A stretch of 64,000 nt of DNA, from positions 1 through 64,000 of the forward strand of contig CAWEWF010000011.1 of NCBI GenBank assembly GCA_963812605.1. The letters run 5' to 3'. Position 1 is the first letter of the stretch, and every line of letters starts with the position of its first letter. The notes below the pieces were generated by a model. The model was not told where the DNA came from, did not search any database, and saw only the letters and a program-made list of their open reading frames with translations. Source of the DNA: an uncultured Verrucomicrobiae bacterium. Its GTDB lineage: Bacteria; Verrucomicrobiota; Verrucomicrobiia; Palsa-1439. Below are positions 39,684 through 49,866 of the stretch, piece after piece. Made by a program: the position numbers and the translations under genes.

Positions 39684-42600
39684 CTACGGCGTGAGCCGGG
39701 CGCGATAGAACCGTTGCGGAACGGAAACGGCGCCGGGGTCGGTGACCTGGATGATGCCGTTATTCCCGGCGAGATTGTTCGTCACCAGCGTCCAGACGTT
39801 GCTCGACAGGTTGTCGCAACTTTCCACTTCGTAGGTATTATCGCGAACACTGGTGAAACTCACGAGATAGTCGCTGCCGCTGGCCTGGATCGCTGTGATG
39901 CGGAAGACCGATGCGGCACTGGTCGGGTCGGTGCCGGCGAGATACTCCTGCAAGTTGTTCATGCCGTCGCCGTCGGGATCGCAGAGGGCACAGGACACAC
40001 TGTTCGTATTGTTGCCAGCGCCGCCGAAATACTGGGCGCGCCACCAATCGGGAATACCATCCCCGACAGAATCTCCCGAGAGCGATTGCACGGTGTAAGC
40101 GAAGTTCGTGTCGATGAAGGTGAACCGATACGTCCCATTGAGAGCGCCGTTAATGAGAATGTTCGTCGACGAATTCGCTTTGCCGGTGCCGGCCAGCGGA
40201 ACGGTGAATTGCGACTGCGACCCGTTGTTCTCGCCCCAGTTCGAAGCCCAGGCGCCGTTGGCGGTGAACTTGAACTGGATATTGGTGAGACCGACGAGGT
40301 CGGCGTCGAATTGCCAGGTGTCATTGGCGATGAGCAGCATGTTGTTCAACGTTTGGTCCCAGCCGTTGAATGTGCCTGCGACGGTCATCGAGGCATACGG
40401 GCTGGCCAACAGCGGCACCACACTATAAGCCAGCGTCTGGTCATTGAACGTGAACCGATAGGTCCCGTTGAACATGCCGTTCACCAAAATATTCGTGGAC
40501 GAATTCAGGATGGCCGTGCCGGAGGCCGGGACGGTTTGCGACTGCGTCGTGCCGCCCCAATTCGTGCCCCATCCGCCATTGGCGGCAAACTTGAACTGGA
40601 AGTTTGTGAGACCGCTGAAGCTGGCGTCGTACTGCCAGGTGCGAATGTCGACCAGTTGCATGTTGTTTAACGCCTGGTTCCAGCCGTTGAACGTGCCCGC
40701 CGCCGTCATGGAACCATAAGGATCGCCCGTGTTCCAATCGACATGAACCGTCTGCAGGCCGGCGGTGTCCGCGATCTTGATCTCCAATTGGCCGGTGGGC
40801 GTCATCAACCAGCCCGGAGCCGGCGCGTTCGTGTTGGGCAACTGACTGAGCGGTGAACCATTGAGCTTCACGTCCGACACGGTGTCGGGATTGTTCACGT
40901 AAATGTTGTAATTGGTGCGCCCCGGGTTGTACCCGCCCTGGCGCGCGCCAATCGTGAAATCCCAATTGCTCGTGGTGCGCGAGCTGGTGAACGTCGTCGT
41001 CGCAAAGACGTTGTTCGTGAAATTCCAGCCTTCGCCTTCATCTTCGTAGAGCGTAAAGGAAGAATTGCCGTCCGGCCAACAATTCAGGTCGAGGTAGCCC
41101 GGCATGAACTGGTTGGCATACTGCATCGAAGGCCCCATCGGGATGATCGCGCCCGAGCACACAAACAAGGGAAGAGTGCCGAGCGGCGCATTGACCGTGA
41201 CCGTGTTGCCGCCGCCGTACTTCGTGTTCGTGGGCCAATAATACCAATTGGATGGCCACGGCAGGTACACGCTCCGGGTCGTGGCGCCCTGGGTATAGAT
41301 GGGCGCCGCCAGCAGGTAATCACCGCACAGGAAATCGAAGTCATTGAGCGAATAGCTGTTCACGTCCGTATAGTAATCGAACACGGTCGGCGTATTCATC
41401 GGCGTGCCGTTGACGGCCGCATTGCGCATCAGCGTGTACAGATACGGCATCAGCTTGTAGCGAAACTGGATGTTCTTCCGCATAAGACTGCAGTAATCCG
41501 TGCCGTCCGCCGAGGGGCTGTTCTGCCACGGAGTGAACCGCCACGGCTCGCGTCCCTGGTTGCCATCTGGCCAAACGTTGTCGCCTTTTTGCGAGTGGTT
41601 CCGATAGAACGGCAACAGCGCGCCCCACTCGTGCCAGCGGGTCAACAATTCACCCGTGACGCTTCCCGAAAAACCGCCGAGATCGTGGCCGTACGTGGCC
41701 TGCCCGGAAATCATTGTGTTCACGCCCAGTCGAATACAGGCCTGCGCGTAGTACCAATTCGCCACGGTATCGCCGCTCCAGCCGGCCGCGTACTGCTGGA
41801 CGCCGGGAAACCCGGAACGCGTCAGCACGAAAGGGCGGCGGTCGGGATATTGGGTGCGAAGGATGTCATAGCTCGAGGAGGCTTCCCGCAGGCTGAAATA
41901 ATTCCTCTCGTTTGACCATTGACGGCGCGTGTCCGTGTTGGACGTTCCATAGCGGCCATCCAGCCAGAGGAGCCCGTTGATCGGGATCTGCTGGCTGTCC
42001 TCGGGTTCGCTCAGGTCGTTCCAAATGCCCCCGAACGGGAATGAATTCATCCAGTTCATGACCTTCGCCTTCCAGCGATTCCGAAATGGGGTGCTCGTAT
42101 AATCGAACCATGACACGTTCCCGACAAAAATACCGGCTGTAAACTCCGCGCCCGTATTGTCCTTGATGAAATCGAGGTTGGTGGAGGCGCCGGTGTACAA
42201 GGGATCGCCGGGTTCCAGCCACGGCTCGATCAACGGAATGAGTTTCACCCCGAAGCTCGCGGCATTCGTCGCCATGCCAAACGGGTCCGGATAGTTGGCG
42301 GTATTCACCGTCAACTGGTCCAGCGGGCCAATGGTGTTGTGCGCCGGGTCCGTGCTGTAATTCATGTAATCGATGTCGAGGTAGATCGCCTCCAGGGGAA
42401 TGTTGCTCGCGGTGGCCGTGCTGGCAATGTACTGGACCCAGTTTTGGTCCCAATACGAGTAACGGCCGAGATGATAGCCCATCGCCCATTTCGGCAGCAT
42501 CGTCGGTCGCCCGGTCAATTCCGAGTAGCGATCGATCACCGACTTCATCGTGTGGTTGGTGCTGCCGCCGAGAAAGAAGTAGTCCATCTGCCCGTCGCCC

Positions 42601-43463
42601 GCCTCGAAGGAATACTCGTTGGCGATCTGCGTCCCCATGCGGAAGGTCGGACGGCAGGGATTGTCGAAGAAGATGCCGTAGACGAACGCGGGCGTGCTGC
42701 CGACGGCAGGTTGCACACCGTAGAAGAAGGGGGTGTTCATGTACATCGGGTTTTGCCCGTCACCCCAATGGTAGGACTGATTGTTCCAGCAAATGATGTT
42801 CAGTCCGCGCCGATTGGATGGCCCGGCGTATTCGCCAAAGCCGAAATACGCCTGGTTCGCCGGCATCAACTTGAGGCATTTGAGTTTCGAACTGCCCGTG
42901 GGTAGCGCCGTGCCGCCCGGCATGGAGTACGTGGGATCAAACTCCATGTGATCGTCCTGCAATAGATAGTAACCGGCGTTTCTGTCCAGGAAATCAACCT
43001 TGAACGGGTTTTTGGTGACGATGACATTGAGCTGCGGAGTCTGGATGAGGTAGTTGGTACCCTGGTCGAGGATCGTCGTCGCGACCGCCACCCAGTTGCT
43101 GAACTGCTGCGCGATCATCGGCTCCTCCTTGCTCCAGAGGCCCGTGAAATGATACCGCACCCGCACGACGTCGGGCGCCCACGGGGTAACTTCCGCGGCG
43201 CCGCCCGTGCTGATGCCAAAGATGTACATGCTGTTGCCCGAGGTTGGATCGTTGCTCACCGTGAGGCTGTTCACGGCGCCGACCTCCGTGACAGCCGCCA
43301 TGAGGGATCGAGTGGAAACGAGGAGCGATGGGATCAACAAAAGAATACAGGCGACGACATGCCTTGGTGGCAGTTTCTGCAGCATCATGGCTCGAAACCT
43401 TTCTGGAACGTCCTTCTCACACGTAATCGCGCCCGTTAGGTAAATCGCTTTACGAGCATCCAT
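39684..43463 (-). CDS. secreted GH31 glycosidase with two carbohydrate-binding-like repeats and C-terminal sorting-type domain
   Basis: LDIDYM, WNDLSEP, WSGD, HDLGGF; two AGTFNGW...FKF.ANG.W repeats; DPDGDGMNNLQEYLAGTDP and RFYR end; start uncertain. Confidence 0.9.
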   Translation of the reverse strand: MDARKAIYLTGAITCEKDVPERFRAMMLQKLPPRHVVACILLLIPSLLVSTRSLMAAVTEVGAVNSLTVSNDPTSGNSMYIFGISTGGAAEVTPWAPDVVRVRYHFTGLWSKEEPMIAQQFSNWVAVATTILDQGTNYLIQTPQLNVIVTKNPFKVDFLDRNAGYYLLQDDHMEFDPTYSMPGGTALPTGSSKLKCLKLMPANQAYFGFGEYAGPSNRRGLNIICWNNQSYHWGDGQNPMYMNTPFFYGVQPAVGSTPAFVYGIFFDNPCRPTFRMGTQIANEYSFEAGDGQMDYFFLGGSTNHTMKSVIDRYSELTGRPTMLPKWAMGYHLGRYSYWDQNWVQYIASTATASNIPLEAIYLDIDYMNYSTDPAHNTIGPLDQLTVNTANYPDPFGMATNAASFGVKLIPLIEPWLEPGDPLYTGASTNLDFIKDNTGAEFTAGIFVGNVSWFDYTSTPFRNRWKAKVMNWMNSFPFGGIWNDLSEPEDSQQIPINGLLWLDGRYGTSNTDTRRQWSNERNYFSLREASSSYDILRTQYPDRRPFVLTRSGFPGVQQYAAGWSGDTVANWYYAQACIRLGVNTMISGQATYGHDLGGFSGSVTGELLTRWHEWGALLPFYRNHSQKGDNVWPDGNQGREPWRFTPWQNSPSADGTDYCSLMRKNIQFRYKLMPYLYTLMRNAAVNGTPMNTPTVFDYYTDVNSYSLNDFDFLCGDYLLAAPIYTQGATTRSVYLPWPSNWYYWPTNTKYGGGNTVTVNAPLGTLPLFVCSGAIIPMGPSMQYANQFMPGYLDLNCWPDGNSSFTLYEDEGEGWNFTNNVFATTTFTSSRTTSNWDFTIGARQGGYNPGRTNYNIYVNNPDTVSDVKLNGSPLSQLPNTNAPAPGWLMTPTGQLEIKIADTAGLQTVHVDWNTGDPYGSMTAAGTFNGWNQALNNMQLVDIRTWQYDASFSGLTNFQFKFAANGGWGTNWGGTTQSQTVPASGTAILNSSTNILVNGMFNGTYRFTFNDQTLAYSVVPLLASPYASMTVAGTFNGWDQTLNNMLLIANDTWQFDADLVGLTNIQFKFTANGAWASNWGENNGSQSQFTVPLAGTGKANSSTNILINGALNGTYRFTFIDTNFAYTVQSLSGDSVGDGIPDWWRAQYFGGAGNNTNSVSCALCDPDGDGMNNLQEYLAGTDPTSAASVFRITAIQASGSDYLVSFTSVRDNTYEVESCDNLSSNVWTLVTNNLAGNNGIIQVTDPGAVSVPQRFYRARLTP

Positions 43464-43612
43464 CTATAAGCCACAACCGCGCCAAGCGCAAGCCATTTCC
43501 GGCTGAATCAGCCGTACTTGGTGGCGCCAATGATGGATACTTGATTTCACTTTCGTCGGCGGGGTAGTATCGCGTTTGTCAAAGAAAACAGTGCGAGCCC
43601 AGGAGATTTCCC

Positions 43613-44999
43613 ATGTCACTCCTTATCAAGAATGGCCGAATCGTCACCGCCAGCGAACAATACACCGCGGACATTTATTGCGAAGGCGAACAAATCACCC
43701 GCATCGGCGCCAATCTCGAGCGCGCCTCCCAAAGCCACCGTGATCGACGCGACGGGCAAGTACGTGTTCCCCGGCTTCATCGATCCGCATGTGCACATCT
43801 ATTTGCCGTTTATGGGAACGTACGCCAAGGACACGCACGAAACGGCGAGCAAAGCCGCGCTCATCGGCGGCACGACGACGCTGATCGAGATGGTCTGCCC
43901 GGCGCGGGCCCAGCAGCCGCTCGCCGACGGTTTCGAGTTGTGGCTTAACAAGGCCAAGGGCCATTGCGCGTGCGATTTCACCTTCCATCAGGGCGTGGCG
44001 CGTTACGACAAGGAATGCGAAGACCAACTCACCGAGATCGTCAAGAAAGGCATCGCCAGCTTCAAGATCTTCCTCGCGTACAAGGGCGCGTTCGGCATCA
44101 ACGACGAGGAGTTGTACCACACCTTGCGGCTCGCCAAGAAACTCGGTGTCATCACCACCGCCCACTGCGAGAACGCGGACCTCGTCTTCGAACTGCAGAA
44201 GAAGCTGATCAGCGAAGGCAAGACCGGCACGAAATGGCATTACTGGAGCCGTCCGCCGCAGGTCGAGGCCGAGGGCGTGCATCACCTGATGACCTTCGCC
44301 GAAATGCACGACGCGCACGTGTACACCGTGCACACCAGTTGCGAAGAATCGCTCAATGAGGCGTTGCGCGGCATGCAGCGCGGCGTGAAGGTCTGGGTCG
44401 AGACGCTCATCCAGTACCTCGTCCTCGACAAGAGCTACGCCGAGCTGCCGAACTTCGAAGGCTCGAAGTTCGTGATGTCGCCGCCGCTCCGCGACAAGAA
44501 AAACCAGGACGTGTACTGGAACGCGCTTCGCCAGCGGTTCGTCAGCACGGTGGCGACCGACCACGCGCCCTTCGATTTCAAGACCCAGAAGCCGATGGGC
44601 AAGGACGACTTCACCAAAATCCCGAACGGCATCCCGTCGCTCGAAGATCGCGTGAATCTGTTGTACACGCACGGCGTCTGCGAAGGCCGGCTCGACCTGA
44701 ACACCTTCGTCAACTGCGCCAGCACCCAGGCCGCCAAACTCTTCGGCCTCTTCCCGCGCAAAGGCTCGATCGCCGCCGGCAGCGATGCCGACCTCGTCGT
44801 GTACGACCCGAAATATAAAGGCAAGATCTCCGCCAAGACCCAGACGATCAACGTCGACTACAGCGCCTTCGAAGGCTGGCCCATCAAAGGCCGCCCCCAC
44901 GTCGTGACCGTGAGCGGCGAAATCGCCGCCAAAGACGGCAAATTTGTCGGAAACACCAAGCGCGGCCAACTCCTCAAACGCGACCCGACGCATTTTTAA
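43613..44999 (+). CDS. hydA: dihydropyrimidinase (apparent frameshift near 43717)
   Basis: MSLLIKNGRIV joins PGFIDPHVH, SFKIFLAY, AHCEN, ATDHAPF. Confidence 0.9.
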
Positions 45000-45043
45000 A
45001 CGGATTGTGTACGGACTTGTCCGAATGCTAAAGTAATTCTGCT

Positions 45044-45226
45044 ATGAAGACCATTTCACCGGCTAAGGCCTTGAAATTTAGCGGCGTTGCCGGCGTGCCA
45101 GAATCCATGAGTCTGACGAAAGCTCAAAAGGAAGAGTTGGACCGCCGCCTTGAGGAATACCGTAAAAATGCGCAAGCCGGTTCCCCGTGGTCGGAGGTGA
45201 AGAAGAGAATTCAGGCGAGCAGATGA
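45044..45226 (+). CDS. addiction-module antitoxin (TIGR02574-like)
   Basis: LTKAQKEELDRRLEEY...PWSEVKKRI. Confidence 0.7.
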   Translation: MKTISPAKALKFSGVAGVPESMSLTKAQKEELDRRLEEYRKNAQAGSPWSEVKKRIQASR

Positions 45227-45269
45227 ATCACCGTTGAGTGATTCGTCCCGTGGCTGAGTCTGAATTGTC
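45223..45269 (+). pseudogene. RelE/ParE toxin 5' remnant
   Basis: ATGA overlap with antitoxin; MNHR*VIRPVAESEL. Confidence 0.5.
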
Positions 45270-46017
45270 AATGGGAACCAATCAGGCGAACACCCGAATG
45301 CAGAAGCCATCAAGAGAGTCTATCATTGCTGCTTACAATGATCTTGTCGCAGAGAAAGGTGGCAAGGTTATCGGTGAGGGTGTCTTCACGAAGGAGTCCC
45401 ACTTTTCCCGCTATTACTGGCACGGGGGTTTCTGGCGGTCATGGTCCGCATTTCAGGCAGATGCTGGACACACGCCAAACGAGCCGAATCAAAAGACCGA
45501 GGACGAAACGCTTTTACAGCGCTTCGCCGAATTAGCTCTGGATCGAAAAGAGGTTCCCACAGAACCGGACCTAGTTCTGAAGCGAAAAGAAGATCCTTCT
45601 TTCCCGTCAAAAGGCTGCTTTCGTAGGTGGGGCAGTCGAGAATCGCTCTTATCGAAACTCGGTGAGTATTGCGAAGGAAAACCACAGTTCAAAGTGGTTT
45701 CTGATCTCTTAAAACAGGGTATCTCCGTTAACTTGGATCGCCGTCTCGATTCACTACAAATTAGGGGCTTCGTATACCTGCTTCGCTACGGCAAATATTA
45801 CAAGCTAGGTCGTACGAATGCGGTAGGCCGTCGTCTCCGGGAACTTGCAATCCAGTTACCGAAAAAACCAGACACAGTGCATGTCATTGAAACAGACGAT
45901 CCCGAGGGCATCGAACAGTACTGGCATCGCCGCTTTGCAGAAAAACGTCAAGAGGGGGAGTGGTTCGCTCTCTCCTCAGAAGAAGTGAAAGCGTTCAAGA
46001 AGCGGAAATTCCAGTAG
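45270..46017 (+). CDS. GIY-YIG (T5orf172-like) nuclease-domain protein
   Basis: GFVYLL, YKLGRT, EQYWHRRFAEKRQEGEWFALS; lower GC; start uncertain. Confidence 0.8.
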
Positions 46018-46096
46018 TTCCATTTGGCTGTCTTTTTGGTTTCAGTTTTTCTGCTGCTTCTCTTGCTCGCTGAAGCGGGCTGTGATAGGTTGCTTC

Positions 46097-46245
46097 GTGA
46101 TTCGAAAGCTTAAATCAGGCAAGTATCGCCTGTACTCGCGCAAGAAGAACCCGAAGACGGGGAGGCGGCGGAATCTTGGGACATTTAGTTCCCGAGCGCC
46201 GCGCAGAAGCACGAACGCGCAGTGCAGTATTTCAAAAGACATTAG
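46097..46245 (+). CDS. small basic protein (apparent frameshift near 46197)
   Basis: MIRKLKSGKYRLYSRKKNPKTGRRRNLGTFSSR joins AQKHERAVQYFKRH*. Confidence 0.6.
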
Positions 46246-46889
46246 GCACACTGGGAACCATTGTGACGTGGCGTGCCGCGCAGCAGGTGTTACTCTTATA
46301 TCGGTAATTGATAATTTGCTGGACAAGGTGTGCTGGGATGGGTATGGTCGGCGCAAAGGACATGAACGGTGAAAGGCAGAAGAGTGAAGAGTGAAGGGCA
46401 ATGGGCGATCTTTTTAATGAACGACGCGGCGCGATACCTAAATGGCAGGCATTGCACTGTACAATCGGAAGGCAGCACGGCGACAGAGCGCCGCGGCTAA
46501 AGGGAAAGAGTACAGGCGGGAGCCTACTTCGCGAAGACGCTACGAAGGCCAGGCTGCCTGTTCAACTCGAAAGCGGAAAGACACGGGCGGGACGCCCGCG
46601 CCACTATCGGGAAAAAAGAGGCTGGAAAATATGTGTTTCTGCGAAACGAACCCCCCAGTTAAGTCGCGATTTGATAGAAGTTTATGAGAATGGGGTCGCG
46701 ACTTTGGCTGGGTTGTTTCCCGGCATTTGCCCGATGAGTTCGCGAACGAGACAAGGCAGGCGAGATGGATGGTGAAGGCCCGGTCTTTTTCCTTTGCTCT
46801 CGCTGGCGCGCCGCATATAATTCGTTGACAGGGCGAGGGCAGTTGCGAACCCCGTCCAATGGGCCGCGCGAATCGGAGAATATCCATCA

Positions 46890-48323
46890 ATGATTAAGAA
46901 TCTTGCCCCGAAGTTGACCGACGCGGAGTACGAGAAGAATTTTGCCGACATCAATCCGCCGTTCGCGCCCCACAACTCGAAGATCGAGGCCAACCGCTGC
47001 CTGTACTGCTTCGACGCGCCGTGCACGCGCGCCTGTCCGACGCATATCGACATTCCCGCGTTCATCAAGAAGATCGCCACGGGCAACATGCGCGGCAGCG
47101 CGAAGGAAATTCTCGATGCCAACATTCTCGGCATGAGCTGCGGGCGGATTTGTCCCGTTGATTCGCTGTGCGAAGGCGCGTGCGTCTACAACGAGCGCGA
47201 CACCGAGGCGATTGAGATCGGCCGGCTCCAGCGTTACTCGATCGATTGGTTTTACGAGAACTGGGACAAGACGAAGCAGATGTTCAAGGCGGGCAAGTCC
47301 AACGGGAAAAAAGTCGCCTGCATCGGCGGCGGACCCGCGAGCCTTTCCGCGGCCTTTTACCTCGCGCAACTCGGCTATGCGGTCACGATTTACGACAAGA
47401 ACGACAAGCCCGGCGGCCTGAATACGTACGGCATCGCGCGCTACAAGATGTCCGCCGAAGAAGCGCTCAAGGAAGTGAAGCTCGTCGAGCACGTCGGCGT
47501 GAAATTCAAACAGAAATGCGAAGTCGGCAAGGACGTGGCCATCGACAAGCTCACGAAGGACAACGACGCCATTTTCGTCGGCGTCGGCCTCGGGCAGACC
47601 GAAGACCTCGGGATTCCCGGCGAAGATTTACCCGGCGTGGTGGACGCCATCACGTTCATTGACGAACTCAAGCACAACAAGCTGCGCGATGTGCGGGTCG
47701 GCCGCCGCGTCGCGGTCATTGGCGCGGGAAATACTTCCGTGGACGCCGCCACGCAGTCGAAGCGGCTCGGCGCGGAGATGGTCATGGTGCTGTACCGCCG
47801 CACGGAAGCGGAGATGCCCGCGTACGATTACGAGTACGAGATCGCCAAGAAGGACGGCTGCGTTTACTACTTCCTCACGGCGCCGAAACGCATCGTCGGC
47901 AAAGGCGCCGTCGAAGGCATTGAATGCGTCCGCATGAAACTCGGCAAGCCCGACGCGTCGGGACGGCCGTCGCCCGAGCCGATTGCCGGGAGCGAATTCG
48001 TCCTCGAATGCGACATGGTGATCAAGTCGCTCGGGCAGAAGAAGCAGGGTGAGTTTGCCCAGAAAGTGCTCGGCTTGAAAACCGACAATCGCGGCCGCAT
48101 TACGGTTGACGAAATCACCATGCAGACCAGCAATCCGAAATTTTACGCGGGTGGCGATTGCGTCAATGGCGGCCGCGAAGTGGTCAACGCCGTGGCGCAC
48201 GGCAAACGCGCCGCGTGGGCGATCCACAAAAAACTGTCGGGCGAGGACATCGACCTGGATGGTTTGTGGAAAAATGAAACCATCCGCCGCAACGCGAATA
48301 CGGCTGAGCACCAGTATGCGTGA
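46890..48323 (+). CDS. preT: dihydropyrimidine dehydrogenase subunit
   Basis: RCLYCFDAPC...CP, GGGPA, GAGNTSVDAA, GGDCVNG. Confidence 0.9.
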   Translation: MIKNLAPKLTDAEYEKNFADINPPFAPHNSKIEANRCLYCFDAPCTRACPTHIDIPAFIKKIATGNMRGSAKEILDANILGMSCGRICPVDSLCEGACVYNERDTEAIEIGRLQRYSIDWFYENWDKTKQMFKAGKSNGKKVACIGGGPASLSAAFYLAQLGYAVTIYDKNDKPGGLNTYGIARYKMSAEEALKEVKLVEHVGVKFKQKCEVGKDVAIDKLTKDNDAIFVGVGLGQTEDLGIPGEDLPGVVDAITFIDELKHNKLRDVRVGRRVAVIGAGNTSVDAATQSKRLGAEMVMVLYRRTEAEMPAYDYEYEIAKKDGCVYYFLTAPKRIVGKGAVEGIECVRMKLGKPDASGRPSPEPIAGSEFVLECDMVIKSLGQKKQGEFAQKVLGLKTDNRGRITVDEITMQTSNPKFYAGGDCVNGGREVVNAVAHGKRAAWAIHKKLSGEDIDLDGLWKNETIRRNANTAEHQYA

Positions 48324-48324
48324 A

Positions 48325-48460
48325 TGGCGAAAATCCGAATTTCGAAATATGAAACAAGCTCGAATGTTAGAAATCCCAAATACCACGGCGACTGCGAGAC
48401 AACTCTTTGAAATTCGATTTTCGAATTTGATTCGTGCTTCGGTTTTTGAATTTCGGATTT
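48325..48460. repeat. heptamer-based inverted repeat element
   Basis: AAATCCGAATTTCGAAAT...TTTGAATTTCGGATTT; relative at 60715-60860. Confidence 0.75.
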
Positions 48461-48472
48461 AGAAAGGAAGTC

Positions 48473-49762
48473 ATGGCAGATTTAAGCATCAATTGCGGCG
48501 GCATCAAATCACCCAACCCGTTCTGGCTCGCCAGCGCGCCGCCGACCAACAGCGGCGGCCAGATCCAGCGCGCGTTCGACCTGGGGTGGGGCGGCGCCGT
48601 GTGGAAAACGCTCGGCGAAACCATCATCAACGTCAACTCCCGCTTCTGGTCCCTCGACTACGGCTCGACCCGCATGATGGGCCTGAACAATATCGAGCTC
48701 ATCACCGCGCGTCCTTGGGACACCAACATTCGCGAGATCAAGGAAACGAAAAAGAAGTATCCCAAGAACGCCGTCATTGTCTCGATGATGATCGAATCGA
48801 AGCAAGAGGCGTGGCACAAGGCCGTCAAGGAAGTTAATGACACGGGTTGCGACGGCATCGAGTTGAATTTCGGTTGCCCGCACGGGATGAGCGAACGCGG
48901 CATGGGCAGCGCCGTCGGCCAGGTGCCCGAGTACACGAAGATGATTACCGAATGGGTGAAGGAAGTCGCCGAAGTTCCCGTGCTGGTGAAGTTGACGCCG
49001 AACATCAGCAACGTCGCCGTCGTCGGGCGCGCGGCCGCCGCCGGCAAAGCCGACGGCATTTCGTTGATCAATACCATCAACTCGATCATGGGCATCAACC
49101 TCGACAATTTCGCGCCGTACCCGAGCGTGGACGGCAAAGGCAGCCATGGCGGTTACTGCGGCCCCGCCGTCAAGCCCATCGCGCTCAACATGGTCAGCGC
49201 GATTGCCAAGGACGCGGAGATCGGCATTCCCGTTTCGGGCATCGGCGGCATCACGACCTGGCAGGATGCCGTGGAGTTCATGGTGCTCGGCGCGACGAGC
49301 GTGCAGGTCTGCACGGCGGTGATGCATTACGGCTACCGCATCGTCGAGGACATGATCGACGGGCTCTCGAACTGGATGGATGAGAAGGGCTATAAGAAGT
49401 GCACCGACTTCATCGGCAAGGCGCTGCCGAACATCAAGGACTGGAGCGACCTTAACCTCAATTACAAACTCGTCGCCCGCATCAATGCCGATCTCTGCAT
49501 CGGCTGCGAACTCTGCCACGTCGCCGCGTGGGACGGGTCACACCAGTGCATCGACCTCGAAATGGGCAACGGCCACCGCGTGCCGGTCATCAACGATCCC
49601 GAATGCGTCGGCTGCAATCTCTGCATGCTCGTCTGTCCCGTCGACGGCTGCATTCAAATGGTCGAGGTCGAAACCGGCAAGAAGTCGATGTCCTGGCGCC
49701 AATACCAGGCGGAACTCGGAAAGAACCCGAAGTGCGAGCCGCCCGGTTACATTGAGCACTAG
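48473..49762 (+). CDS. preA: dihydropyrimidine dehydrogenase subunit
   Basis: NPFWLASAPPT, ELNFGCPHGMSERGMG, KLTPN, C-terminal Fe-S motifs. Confidence 0.95.
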   Translation: MADLSINCGGIKSPNPFWLASAPPTNSGGQIQRAFDLGWGGAVWKTLGETIINVNSRFWSLDYGSTRMMGLNNIELITARPWDTNIREIKETKKKYPKNAVIVSMMIESKQEAWHKAVKEVNDTGCDGIELNFGCPHGMSERGMGSAVGQVPEYTKMITEWVKEVAEVPVLVKLTPNISNVAVVGRAAAAGKADGISLINTINSIMGINLDNFAPYPSVDGKGSHGGYCGPAVKPIALNMVSAIAKDAEIGIPVSGIGGITTWQDAVEFMVLGATSVQVCTAVMHYGYRIVEDMIDGLSNWMDEKGYKKCTDFIGKALPNIKDWSDLNLNYKLVARINADLCIGCELCHVAAWDGSHQCIDLEMGNGHRVPVINDPECVGCNLCMLVCPVDGCIQMVEVETGKKSMSWRQYQAELGKNPKCEPPGYIEH

Positions 49763-49866
49763 AACTCATCATACAAATGGTGGATAGGCCGCTGTGCCTG
49801 TCAAAACCCATCGACACAGGCAGGGACGCCTGTGCCACCAAAGGTTTATGAGACTACTTCCAGTGC

